A DNA stretch of 64,000 nt, from the NCBI GenBank assembly GCA_036172245.1, contig JAYWIR010000001.1:6262001-6326000 (forward strand), read 5' to 3'. The stretch's first letter is position 1. Each line of letters starts with the position of its first letter. Source of the stretch: Raillietiella orientalis (taxonomy: Eukaryota). The position numbers and the translations under genes were made by a program. The notes under the pieces are model-generated. The model was not told where the DNA came from and ran no database searches. It saw nothing but the letters and a program-made list of their open reading frames with translations. Shown here piece by piece: positions 1 through 13,047 of this stretch.

Positions 1-3000
1 GAACTGTTAAAGAATTCATTAACTGCATGAGGTATTCCTAGCACTCTGCTCCAAAGCAAGGTCCTAAGCCATGCAAACCCATTATGCCACAAGACCTCCG
101 AATCGAAGAGATGCAAAAAGAAAACTCCAGAATCCTCATTGCCGTCAACACTGCCGGAGAACTAATCAAAGGGGTGTACGTGTAACCCATGACGAGACCT
201 ATAGAAAGGACAGGAGTATTTCACGAAGGTTGCTCTGCACAACATCGCATGGCGAGTTTGCAGATACAGAATGTGGCCGAGTCTTATTATTCCTCTGTGA
301 TCGAAGAACAATAAGGCAGTCCAAATGGTCTCAAATGTGATGAGAGGGGATGGAATACAGCAAAAAATGAATACAGTGAGAAATTCTTCCCAGGGACCGA
401 ACGTGAAAATTGAAGCGTCATTCCAGAATGGTGCCACTGTGACCCACATCATGCTGTCGATGTTAACTTTAGCAGCGTGGTCATGTGTTTGTGAAATTGA
501 ACGTCTTCCTTGCTTTCCAAACGTTTCCTTGCTCTCTCCACGGGCATTTCTCGGTTCCTCACCCAGGCAGGTGGAACAATTTTTCCGTCTCACTCTTATT
601 TACATTGACGCTTGAATAAATTAAAATCATGGAAATTAGGGACAGCAAAAAAAATCCCCAGGAACCTCGCCATCTAACGTTTACTCAAGCACTTTTCTTT
701 CTCGGTGTGGACAGGTAGTGCACGCACGCAATACGGAATTCGCCTCCTCCTTGACTCCCTTGGAGAGGTCGCATCACTGCTCACCTTCTGCTGTCGAATG
801 GTATGCTGACTGACCCTCCGTGGAAAGGTTTAGAGTCTCCGCCTTGAAAAGGGATTGCGGTGTGTAGCTTTAACACAGGGCGAAGCCCGGAGGCAAAGGA
901 GCTTTCTCCTCCAGGAGATCAAGGAGTCATCCAGAGATGATGTACAATACATGGTCTTCAGTTTCACGTCATTTCCCAGCAATCAGATCATTCTGGTCTT
1001 CATTTGTTCCAGAGACGCCAGGTGTTTTAGTCTGACGCTGCTGGCACGTCCTTTGCTGCATGTTCTTCTTGGCTTGATTACTGTGGAACGTTTTCGTGCT
1101 AAGGAGAATGGACCAACTTGTGCCACAACTTGAGATGGAAGCTCCATCCTCTAAGACTAAATAACGTAGCGCAAACACGGATTCATTTCGAGCTATTTTC
1201 AAGCTTTTGAAGTTCAACCGATACCGGACGTTTCCGCAGGGCTACCAGAGCGCTTCTTTTCGTACACAGCTGCGCAGTGGATGCGACGGTGTGACTTTTC
1301 AGTTTACTTGTACAAATGCTACTCTCGGTTGCGTTAGAGGACTCAGTTCGTGCGTGCGTTTTTCCTCTCTCTTTTCAAGAACCACGCATCATTAGGCATG
1401 GAGCTGCAATTCTTTCAGCTCGCTTCAGATTATCTCCGGACCCCTCCGCTTTTTTCCCTTTCAACACCTTGACGATTCCTTCCTTTTATCCTTCGTCGCT
1501 TCCTGATCAACTCCCGCCTCCGTTGGCTTGGCGTCAAATTGTGTCTACTGGAAATCTAATGCGACTTTGATTTGAAGGAATCCAGAAATCGCTGTTGCGC
1601 GGGTCGCCATTCCTTTTCCAAGAACTCTAAAAATTTGGCTTTACCCTGAAATTAGAAGCGACCTCCCTCCCTGCCATCTATCATCGCTGCCATACTCTGC
1701 AGTCTATAACGTAACTAATGAAAGCAAACTCCGACATATGATTTGAATTGACCGTTGTACGATCCGACCCCCAACTCATTCTGGACTCTTCACTCATTTT
1801 GCTGACAGTTTCCTCTTCCCGCATCCGGCCATGATTCCTCTGGTATCCTGGATCTGCAACGGAACAGGATGCAAGGCTGCGAGAAGCCCACGCGTCACAG
1901 GTGCCGTCTTTGTCTCAAAAGATGACACAGTCGGCTTTCCGTTTCCTTTGTTTTGACTTCTGCTTCCGGCCGAGAATGCGAATGCGGAGTAGCGCGTAAG
2001 CCCGGGACAGTGTTCCCAACATTCCTCACGGGTTTCGTGCTTAAGCACCCGGGTATGAATCGAGCCGAACACGCATTTGTGCCGCATAATTTCGTTCCTA
2101 ATTCACACATCGCTTTCCTTCACATCCGTTTACAGAGCTCCTTGTACGATAACCAGTTCCATCTGAAATGTGCTTCTGTCTGAACAGCGTTTTCGACATT
2201 GCTATTTACTACTAATTTGCAGTTCCAGCGTGAAGGTCTGTTTTTTTTTTTTTTTTTTTTTTCTAGCACTGTGGTGAATGATGCACATTTAAAGTGGCAC
2301 CTTTTGGAAATGGAAAATGGAGCAACAACTCAAAGGAAAACATTTCGGTGCAATGCAAACTTCTCGGAAGTCCTGCAGTAGTATTCCACCTGATGGTCGA
2401 CTCTTGGTCCAACACATCAGAACTCTAAGACGTGTGCTTTCTGATGCAAGCGACCACGAACGAATGGCTATTATTTTCCTTTGGAAACACTTTTGAAATC
2501 GGGTTGATGTTCCTGGAAGAATGCCCGTGTTAATTAAACAGTGGTGTCGTCCGCAAGGAGTGTCTGAGCAATTGAAGGGATCGGCCAACGGACGTTGTCT
2601 TCGCTGTCACCACCCCAGAAGCAGCGGACTGCGGAGGCATTTCAGCTGCCTCCACAAATTTTGGGTGCTTCCCGTGAAAGCGTCGCATAATGCAGCCGCC
2701 CCAAAGCACAATAAGCCCTCGACGTCTCTCGCCAGAATGCGGACATCTCATGCCTGTTCACTGAGGCGTCGCTGCCCGCTCGCCTAGTTTATGGTGATTT
2801 TAATGATCAAGAAACGTAGTGCAGACTTGAGTATCAGTGCTCGACCATCAGTCCATCATCCTGTCACGCACCTGCTATTTTCTAAGCTCGCTTTTGCTTT
2901 GTTTTTCTTTCTCTCGGTAAAATTCCTGCATAGTAGCCAGCACATTCGTGTTTCTACCTCAAACCCATTAAGAGCAATACATACAACCTCTCTGCTCTTC

Positions 3001-5088
3001 TTCCAATTAAGAGAAGAGCAGAAATAAATGGATCGAGAGGATGAGGAATCCGCGCAGATCACATCGCGTTACGTGCAACGAGCTCAAAGACCACCAGCTG
3101 CAAAAATCAGGGCAGTCTCATGTGATTAATAAGGAGGATGCCCTCAGTAGTCGATAAGGAGGTGCGGCTAATTATCCAAAAGACTCGAAAAGATGCTGCA
3201 CTGCGCTTCGCTTTCTTTTTCGATAATAAAAAATCCTACTCCGACCACCCTCGGGTCACGGGGCATTGAATCTTCATTCCGGCTGCTGCCAAACTAATTA
3301 AAGATTGAAATACAAAATGCTCTTTCCTTTCAGAGGAGCACACTCGGAGGAAACGTCATCCACGCTTTCCCTTTCTTCACTCTCGACCCTTGAACTACGC
3401 AGCAGCTTCTCTTTCCGATCCACCTGCTTCTATTTTCCGAGTCACAGCAAGGACTGGTATTCCCGTCTTCAGCAATAACATGCGCGATTCCAATCTTCAA
3501 ATAATGCAACGTAAATTTGCTGAGGGTTGCCCACATTTTGCCCGAAGTACTTAAGGTTCCTTCCTTTAGGTGGACAACTGCGAGCTCGAAGCGAAACACA
3601 GGTGCTCAAGGGGCGAGAAACATTTCGACCGAGGTGACAGAGTTTCTTGGGCGTGCTACAGGGACCTCAGTAAATTCTCTTTGCTTTCCCTGAATGCGGG
3701 AAAGCATAATCAGACAATCAAGCAAACTCCTGCTTTGTTCCGCGAAGAGGAACGCAACTGCAAGTGGAGATTTTCCTCCTTCTTCCACGTTAACTCCGGT
3801 GACCATCACGGCAACCGATCCGAGGAGGAGATTGTGCTGCTGGCAAACAGAATAAGCGGCCCGGAAACGGTGAGAGCCGACCGCGAGCGCCTCACGCAAA
3901 ACGGAAAGCCGCAACCACAGCGCATCCAAAAATCACGTGCAGAAAATGAGGTGGATCGAGGCTGGGGAGCCAAACACAGCCATCCATCCAGGAAAACAAG
4001 CAAGCCGAGGGGGAGCATCTGCAGGAGGCTGCCCGGCTGATTGCGAAACGGGAAGAGCCGCCACCACAGCCGCGCAACTCTTCATAGACGTTAGGGGAAT
4101 CTCAACAGCTTGGAAATGGGGCTTTTCCGGATCCTCCGAGCTCCGGAGAACTTTCTTTAACGATGGCCGCAACATATACAGAGCCCTGCGTTTTTTCAGC
4201 ATTTCACCGCGAATGGAGACGAAGATCCACGTGGTCGTGAGAAAGACCGAGAACTCTCGAACACTGGAGTTCCGGACACATCGCGCTTGGGGCAGAAAGG
4301 ATTCATGCCGTCCCCCACCGCCCCAATCCACCAGTGATGGTGGGATTGTGGGAAAACGGCCAAAGAAGACTCCTCAGTCCGCGGGAGTCCCTGTCCGACA
4401 TCAGCTTGCTGAGAGGAGGACACGAAACGAAGGTGACCAGAGGATCGAGCAGCGATGCAGATGAACCGTCCTCGCACCGTCTCCGCAGCGTATGCAGCCG
4501 CGCACAGTTTATCGTTTGGCGAGAAGTACGAACGGAAGAATTCCGGCACCTTCCATTTATTCGGTCGCAGGAAGAATCGTCGTCGGTTTGCTGTGCCAAC
4601 CACCCGAATTCATGTGCGCTCCGTGGTTTTCGTCTCGTTGGAAACGGGAGGAAAGCTGCGCTCTCAGTTACGTCTCGGCAATTTTCATTCAATAAATCGG
4701 GGAAGTGGGGGGGGGGGGGAGAGAGAGAGAGAGAGGAAATGCAATTCACCGAAGGCTGCCTTCATGGTTCTGTGTCCTTTCCCTCCTTATTGTTCCTCTC
4801 CATCCTCCACGGTTCCTGGATCCATTCTTTTTAGATATCCTCCATTGGAATACTCACCGTTCTTCCTCTCTATTTACACATTTTTGTTTGTCGTTTTTTT
4901 TTCTTTTTTCTTTCCTTTTTTTTTTTCTTTCTTTCTTTTCTTTTTTTAGCTGAGTTCAAGACTAGCAAAACATGTTTTCGCGAAGCAGAGTTTCCTTTAT
5001 TTTTGCAAATTGAAATTTTCTCTCAAGGAAATCCATCGCCCATTTTACACGTGCCATTTACATTTCTAGTGAGAGGAGGGGGGGGGGG

Positions 5089-5113
5089 AAGAGAGAGAGA
5101 GAGAGAGAGAGAG
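5089..5113. repeat. (AG)n microsatellite; similar tracts at about 4719-4734 and 13948-13979
   Basis: Directly visible. Confidence 0.9.
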
Positions 5114-8100
5114 AAGGGGGGGAGGAGGATTTTTCTACGCTAAATTAATTGGCGCTTGACTTTTTGAAAAAAGTGCTCATCCGAATAAAGCGCTGCTCCA
5201 GAGAGAGAGCGTGGTCGATTTTGCCATGGTGAAGTAAAACAAGAAACCAATTCTTGCTTGATGGCTCGGAATGTTCGTTTCTGGGATCCCCGGAGGGTGT
5301 ACAGGCGCGTTTCCGTGTGTGATTTCCTACTGTTTGCGCCTCTTTTTATACGTGCCCAGTCGCTGCTCCTCAAGCAAATTGACCTCTCGAGGTGGCCGTG
5401 CACGAGGATCCGAACGGAAGAAGCCATGCCATGCCTCTGTGCCGTCGTCGAGGATTTGTGGCTTCGCACCGCGCCAGCAGCGGCACCACCGTGTTCTATC
5501 GAATGCTTGGCACCCAGAAACGGACTTTGTTTCTTTCTTTTGTTTTTTGTTTTTTTTTTGGGGGGGGGGGGGAAGGGTTTTCTTCCACTCCCCTTTAACT
5601 CTTGCAGCAAGAGAAAAAAACTTCCACGAAAACCTACCGGCAGCTTTGGCAGACGCGTTCTGCGGGCAGGTCGATGCTGATTTTAGAAGGTTTTTTTTTT
5701 TTTTTTTTTCTTTGAGGAAAGGAAAGGGGGGGGGGGGAAGGGACAGAAGAAGAAGCGAAAACGATTGAGAGAAAATGCGTGCGTTGCAGCAGGTGCCGGC
5801 AGTCCCTTCGGATCCCATCAGTCGTCCGTCCACGCTGCGCCTCTCAACTCGTTAAATTTTAGGGTAGAGGAGGATGCCCTTTGCGAATACCACAGAAGCT
5901 CTCGCAGGCACCCCCGACAGGGGAGCCCCAGTTCGAGAAAGCGAGTTTGCGTCCCCCGAGCTCGGCTCCCGAGGCGACCTTGGCGGGATGCAGCCATGCA
6001 ACTGCTGCAACCAGATCGTCTGCCTCACCTCTCGGAAGGGGGGAACCGAAATTTCGTTCCCGCGCGCGCGAATTTTCTTCTCTCCTCCCTCCCCCGCAAT
6101 CCTCTTTCCCGGAGCCGACCACGTCGGCGTCGTCCCGGAGGACGGCGCCGTTCCTGCCGGCGAGAGTCCAGGCGGCGAGGAAGGTGCGTGTGCGTGTGCA
6201 GGTCGCGACGACCCCGGGGCGCGAGCGCCTCTCTTCGCGAGCAGTCAACACGCACGCACGCACGCACGCGGGTCCGCCGCCACGACACGCGCGCATTCTC
6301 CGCGCGCGTTGCGAATCCCACGTTTTGAAACAACGCGTGGTGGAGGAGCCTCTTCGATAGCCGCTGCAAATCCTCGGCTGAATGCTGCTGACCTTTTAGT
6401 AAAGGCGAATAACTACGAGGTGCGGATGTGAACGCTTGGGAGTCCAAATTCCTCGCTTCTTATCGGTGCTCCCCATTAAACGTGCAGCATGTGCAGATAC
6501 AAAATATACAACGCCGAGACGAGCGTTTCTTGCGTTATCTCGTGATTATTCAGTGGTTTGTGTTTTATCGTTCTCCATCACCATAAGTGAGATGAATGGA
6601 AGCTCGTCTGCTGCGTGTTTGAAGGAATCGCATGGAATGACTCCGTTCGCCAAAGCCCAGCTGCCCCCGTGCTGTTGAATTCCCTCGAGAACGCATTCGC
6701 CACTTTTGCCTCTCCCTCTTTTTTTTTATTTTTGTTTCGCCCGTTTGTTTTTTCCCTTTTCCTTCTGTTTTTTTGAGACAGGTAAGGCCGAGTGCGTGCA
6801 GTCCGTGGTTGTGTGCGTTGGGAGCGGCGTTTCTCCTCTTTTGTTTCCTTTTGGAAGAGAGAGAGAGAGAAAAAAAAAAAGAAGTCCCCCCTTCGCAGCG
6901 AGTGGGTGCGTGCGGGGGATTCCCGACGTTCCTTCGCGCGCAGGTGCATCCTCGGTTTGCGTCTCTTCCTCCCAAGTGGCTGTTTCGACGCTTCCGGTCT
7001 GTTCCCGTGCGCCGCTTCCGGTGGAAGCGGGTTGCTGGCGCCGAGTGTTGCCGCGCCCACGGGTGCCCTCCGGCCTGCCGCGGTTCGGACCTGCTGCCCC
7101 CTCGAACAAGGCACGCCCGTGCCTAGAAAAGAAAAGGGAGGGAAATACACAAAAGAGATGAAAATGAGGACCCCCCCGGCGCAAGTTTGAGGAGAAGCCA
7201 CGGGGTGGGGACGCGGAACCAGCGCGTTTGCTGCCGGGGAAGGGGGGGGGGGAGGGAGGCTGTTCGCCACTGCCGCAATCAGCTAAACGGCTATCAGCAA
7301 GGGGACGTGGGCCTTCTTGCGTTACGAACCGTGGCTGCCAGCCCGCCGCCGCCGGAACCACAAGAATCCCCCGCAGTGGTGTGCCGTCGTTTGTTGTGCA
7401 GAGCCTGGCAACACTGCGCACGTCGAGCTTTTGCCGAGCACCGGGTGCTCCAATGCACAATTCGGATATATTCGTCTGCTTTGAAATAGAATCTGAGGGA
7501 AATTTCGAACGCTTCCCACCAATTTGCAATTCAGTATTAAGTGTTTCATTCACCTGGCGAGCGTTGCGACTGAGCTTTGGGAGGAAAGGGTGGCCCCTGT
7601 CCTTTTTTCTTTGATGGGGAGGGGGGGGATCCATTTCTCCGTTTCGAATTTTGTCCGCCATGAAATTGAAGCCGATTCGCGGCAAGCAAGCTGTGCTCTT
7701 GGCGTGTGTTCGCAAAAGCGCACGCAGTGTATAGATGATGTGTACACTGTGCCTGCATCATGTTTGACCTGAACGCCTAGTTGCTCTTGTGCGCGTTTGC
7801 AAGAAAAGAACTATCCGAGTCTTCGCCCAGGTTGCAGCTGTTCCTTCAAGAAGAAGAAACTCTTGACTGCTTCTGAGGTCCCGGGGGACCACCGTGCTGA
7901 TTGCCCGAGGTCCGTCGCGGGAGGGAGAAAGGCCTCTTGCAGATGCCGGAAGCAAAGAACCCCAGCGCGACGGGAGCGCTCTCGGGATGAGGGCAACCGC
8001 GATCGCGGGACGAATGCCCAAATCCCCGCATCCGTTTCGGACGATTCGAAGTCAGGAAAAGTAGTTCTGGGTTTTTGCGGCGGCGTGAGGGGGATCGGTC

Positions 8101-9980
8101 CTCTTTTTTCCGCTCGGTCCCAGCAGGCGGTTGCACGCGAGCGTCGTCCCTCATTGGGGGATCACCGGTTCCAGGGAATTCGTCCGCCAGTTGATTTTCG
8201 ATTCCCAAACCAGAGACAGGAATTTGCGGTTCGGAAACACAGAGGTGGGCGCGCTCAGTAGACATGTGGGAGAGAGTCTTCCTCGAGATTTTGCGAAAAC
8301 GAAGACCGTGGCTGGTTGTTCCCGATTCAGCTGTTAAGACCCCCCCCCCCCCCGCTGTGACCCTTGGGGAGGGGGCGTGGATGATGCTTTCCGCTTCTGG
8401 ACGGGGCGTGGCCGGAGTCGCACGCGTTTCCCGTGCTTTCGCGAACGGCTCCCTGCTTCCGTTCCTGCCGTGGCCACGTGACCAAACTGTCGGTCGGTTT
8501 CCCGTTTCGGGATGTTTGCCGTCCCCGAGCCGTGGACTGGTTGTTCTGTTGGCCATCGGCGGAGCCTCTGACGTCTCCCCACCCCACTCCACCCCCCGCG
8601 TTGGCGAATCCTCTTCGCAGCCGAAACGAATTCCCGTCTTAGAGGTAATGGAAACGGAAGCGAGAGGAGGCTTTTCGTTCCAAATCGTCATCTTTGCCGT
8701 CCCGAAGGGTGGTTTCCTCCGATTCTGGAAAGTGGGGAGCGTCGCACGTTTGGATTTTCTGTGCTCCCGAAGAACCACGAACTGCTGCGTCCTCCGGGAT
8801 GTGCGCTGAGGGATTCCCGGATGGGCTTTCGAGCGGAGCGATTGGGCTCCTGGAGAATGGGAGGGTGGGCGACGCTGGCGGGCGAGTTGAAATTTGTGCT
8901 GCGAAGCTCCGAGAGGGCGATCCTCCACGTGCTCGTGGTTGCCCCGCCATGTTCCGGAAGTCGAATAGAGACCCTCGAAGCAGGGAAGGGGGAAGCACCC
9001 TGGCAGCGGCCGTGGGAGAAGGGAAAGAATTCCCCACCGCTCAAGAAATTATCTCACCGAAATTATCTCACCTGGTGATTTTTTATAACTTTCTTATCGT
9101 GAGGCCCGATAACTGCTTTTGTAAACAAAAGCAAAGATGCAAATGATACCCAGAAGTGTTTCCCTTCTGTTGAGGGGAAGGGCAGCGAAGATATGATCGG
9201 AGGATGGAAGGAAGCGGAAATGAACGCTCGACAGAGCTCGTCCAGCAGAAGGAACGTGGTTTTTCGCTCGGTGGGGTAAACGGAATTCAAGAAGCCCTCA
9301 ACTTCCGGCGAACCCCTCTCGGTCTTCCGAGGCCTGCCCCTGCCGACCGCGGGATGAGCGGGCGCGACGGGAACTGTCGACGTTTGCTGCCGCCCCGTCT
9401 CGAAGTTTCCGACGCGGCGTCGCGGGACGTTCGGGAAGTCTTCACGGCGAGCAGCAGCGCTGAGCGCCGCGGTAAAAAGGAAAAGGAAGAAGAAAAAAAA
9501 AAAGAGGGCGTCTGCCCCGGGAATCGGGCGGCGGCGGTTCCCGTGCGGGGTGCTGGCGCTCCCCTGGGGGGAGGGGGGGGGGAGGACCGGGCTCAGAGCC
9601 GCAGAAGGCAGAAGAGCGCCGACGACCACAGCTGCCACCTCCGCCTCCGTCCGGTGGCCGCTTCGCGGGTGGCGCGACGCCGAGCGAGTCACCTGCATCA
9701 GCCATCCATCCACCACCACCACCACCACCACGGCGCGCAGTGCGCCACAGGCGGCGGCTGACGAACACCCGGGAAGCGCATTCCGATTGTTGATGGTCCT
9801 CCCTCATTTCGTCATCAAAATCAAATTAATGCGTCCGCGATTGTTGCCCGGGCCGCCCGTTCTTCAACAAAGGGAAAACTTCCAAATACTCCCCCCCCGT
9901 CCGGTTCTAAAATTAAACGCCGTCCATTTTGGACGCTTCGACAGGTTGCCATCGCCGGCGCGCGTCCCGTAGGCGTGCTC

Positions 9981-10044
9981 TCAGTGGAAGTAGGTCAGCC
10001 GAAAACATGCAAAAGTGTTGCAAAAAACTGCACGTCTTTCTGAG
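9981..10044 (+). promoter_or_regulatory. Candidate first exon of beta-H-spectrin: Initiator-like TCAGT, in-frame ATG at 10007, strong donor
   Basis: TCAGT at 9981-9985 matches the arthropod Inr core. aacATG at 10007 and GAG|GTGAGT donor at 10044/10045. The phase-2 junction to the acceptor at 13031/13032 is in frame with the main CDS. Confidence 0.55.
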
Positions 10045-13000
10045 GTGAGTGCATTTTCTCGGGAAGGCCGTCGAGGTCTTCACCCCCCCCCCCTCTCCTT
10101 TCCCAAACTGCTCAGCGAATGGTCAGGCACATGTCAAGTGGGTGCGGAGCTGTTGAACGCGAGGCACCGGGAGTGCCTCTCGTTCTTCCCGCCGCCGTCG
10201 GGAGAGGGGGGGGGGGAGGGGGAGAGCGGAGATGCTCTTTGCTGTTTCGGAAGAAAGGTGATGCGTTGTTTTGTTCTTTTCACTCCTTTGTCGACCGCCT
10301 CCTCCTCTCCTCTCCTCTGCCGGTGTTCACGTGGGCGTCACGGAAGTACCAAGGGCCGTGTTCTTGCGTGTTCTCCAGGTGGTTCCTTCGGGATCGACTC
10401 CGTGATTTGCTCCACGGCGTGGCAGTTGCTTTCGAGTCCTGAATTCCCGGTCGTCGAGCCGTGTCGGCGGTCACCCGGTCTTGGGGCAGGCCGTTTCGTT
10501 GCTGGCGGCTGCGGCGGTGATTTAGACGAGGCGATGATGAGTCGGGTTCCGGAAGAAAAAAGGGGGGGGGGGGGAAAAAAAAAGAAAAACCAGGCTGCGT
10601 ACGATTTGAGTACCTTATCTGACTTCCAGGAAACTAAATTCCCGCAGGTCATTTGTGAAATTTCCTTGGCACGTGGCCAGCTGCATTCTCGCGTTAATCA
10701 CTTTGGATTCAACCAAGTGTTTCAGACTTGCCAGATTTCCGTTATCACATTCTGAGGCGTGATAAGAACCCTTGTATGGGATCCCAGCCTTCGATAAGAT
10801 TGCGCCACATGTGCAAACAGAACGGCGTTTTTTTCCTTTTTTTCCCTTCACCATCGCCGTGCTCTCGTTCGAAGGTGGGGAAGGATTTTCAGGTAGAAAA
10901 GAAGGAAGGCGTAATCCTGCCTCCCTCCTCTCGCATCCAGACGGTTGTTCCATCCGTCATCTGCTCACGATAATTGCGAGTGGTGCTCTTGGATCGGATT
11001 CTCAGGAGGCTTTGGGAGAGGGTGTGAGGGGGCAGAAGGAGGAGGAGGAGGAGAAGGCGCGCACCTTACACATTCCGGATTTTTTTCTAGCAAGGTTTTC
11101 GTCCCAGGCGTTTTCGTTTTGCATCGTCCGACGTTTGACGACAAGCAGAGAAATCTGGGGTCAGATGCAGTGTGCGTCGAGGGACAGATTCAGTAGCCGA
11201 TGTTGTTGTCGGTCCGTGGCTGCGTTGCAGAAGACAGAGTGCCTTTCCGATGTTTACCACCAGCCAAGTCAGCTTTGCGGCTGTCGCAAGGAGCAGCCTC
11301 CAGAAACGAACTCCGCTTGGATTCCTCCGAGCGGAGTCGACCCGGGGGCCTCCTTCGACTTGGGAGCCAACACGAAAGCTGACTCCCATGTTGTGCGAGA
11401 GATAAGAACCCATGATGAGGCGCAAGGAATGCGCCGCCTCTTTCGGCGGGCGAGGCGGGAACGCCTGCAAAGTCATGACGACGGAAGAGAGAAGCCGTCC
11501 ATCAGCGGGAACGGCTCAGACGAAACCCTCAGGAGAGGCGCCTTTGGGATTTTCGAAAAAAGCACTTTCAAGGAAAAGCACGCGTCTGGTTGCCCCTGGT
11601 TGTCGCATGCGTGTCGATCATCCGGTTGTGCAATGGCGTACTCGAGCAGAGAGGTTGGCTTTATCTTGGCACTCTTCGACAGTCTTTTCATCCCCGGGCT
11701 CGGCGTGGTCGCCCTGCCGTGCACTTAAGGCGCGCGCGGGGGGGGGGGGGGAATTTAAAATGAAAATAAAATCGTGCTGATTGGGACGATCTTTGTAGAC
11801 GTGCGTGGGAACCCACTTCTACAAAGATCTTCTTTTCTTTCGAACCCACCACGTGGAGTTCTGGCACTTCCGACTGTGGTGCACGATTTCGAAAGGGGTG
11901 GTGCACGCGTGCCTTCCTTTCCGGACGGGAGTGGGTCCGAGCCCCCGGCCTTCAGTCTCTTCTGTCAGGAAGACTCGGAGTCCCGCTGAAGAGCAAAGAG
12001 TTGGCCGTGTCACGCGTCGTGGGACGTGCGGAATGCGTTTTTCCCGCCTCCTTCGATGCTTCCCAATGTGCCCCTCTCTCTTGTGTCGTGTGTTTCGGCG
12101 GGAAGAGGGAGAGAGAGAGAAAAAAAAAATTGCGCGAGGTGGAAACTCACGCTTATCGAAAATCGGTCCCAAGGGTCTGCCACCTGCTCCGAAATTTTGA
12201 ATTGTGCTTGGCTGTGCGTATTCGTCCCAGGCGCAAGTTATAAATTTGCGCTTCTGCCATGGATTTTTTTTTCCCCCCTTCTTTCTTTCGTAATGGGGGG
12301 GGGGGGGGACATAATAATTAAATCATGAGAGGCACCGTCGCAGTAAACACGGCGCATGGGGTCGGCCCAGGTGGCGTCTCTTTTTTTGCGGCGGAAGCGG
12401 GCGGGTACCGAAATCGCTATTCTCGTGACCACTCACGTGACCCGGTCCACGCGAACGGTCCATCCTCGTCGTCGCCGCCGCCCTGCTCGTGGGCGCAGGC
12501 GGAGCGCAGGAGGGAGGTTCCGTTTCCAGCCACGGCAGTCTCCGGCGTTGGACGCAATGCGCGCCAAAGCGTGAAATGCAAATTGTGCCGAATTGTCTTT
12601 GCGTTGCGCACGTGGATGGAGGAGAAGGGAGGAGGAGTGTCCTCCTGTGGGAAGGGGAATTCCGTTCGGCTGCTGCGTCGTGTCCGCTGTGTGCAGCTCC
12701 CCCCCCCCCCCGATCCCTCTTCTCTTCCCCTTCGTCCGGATGCGTCGGGGGAACGCGCGTGTTCTCTGACCTCAACGCCATCGAAAGAAGCGTTCTCGGA
12801 AGCTCGTGGTTCCGCGATGGCTACCTCTTTGGGGCGCGGTTCGTGCATTGCTGGCGCCCTGCTCAGCAACAATCCGTGCAATAATGGCGTGGCGCGGGTG
12901 TTTCCAGCGAAACACCTCGGTTTGAGAAAGTTGTTCCGTTTGTCTGTGCCGGAGAATGCGTGCAGGGCCGGCGCGGGTCCGTGGAACACACACACAGGCA

Positions 13001-13047
13001 CACACACAAAGAAATCATTTTGTAATTTCAGATGCTCCTGGCTAGTC

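Noticed and set aside
3500..13000. Many 150-360 aa ORFs on both strands (e.g. 6726-7715, 7846-8928, 10772-11728)
   Set aside because: They overlap in several frames, are rich in R/P/G/S, run through homopolymers and show no recognisable domain. This is expected in GC-rich non-coding DNA.
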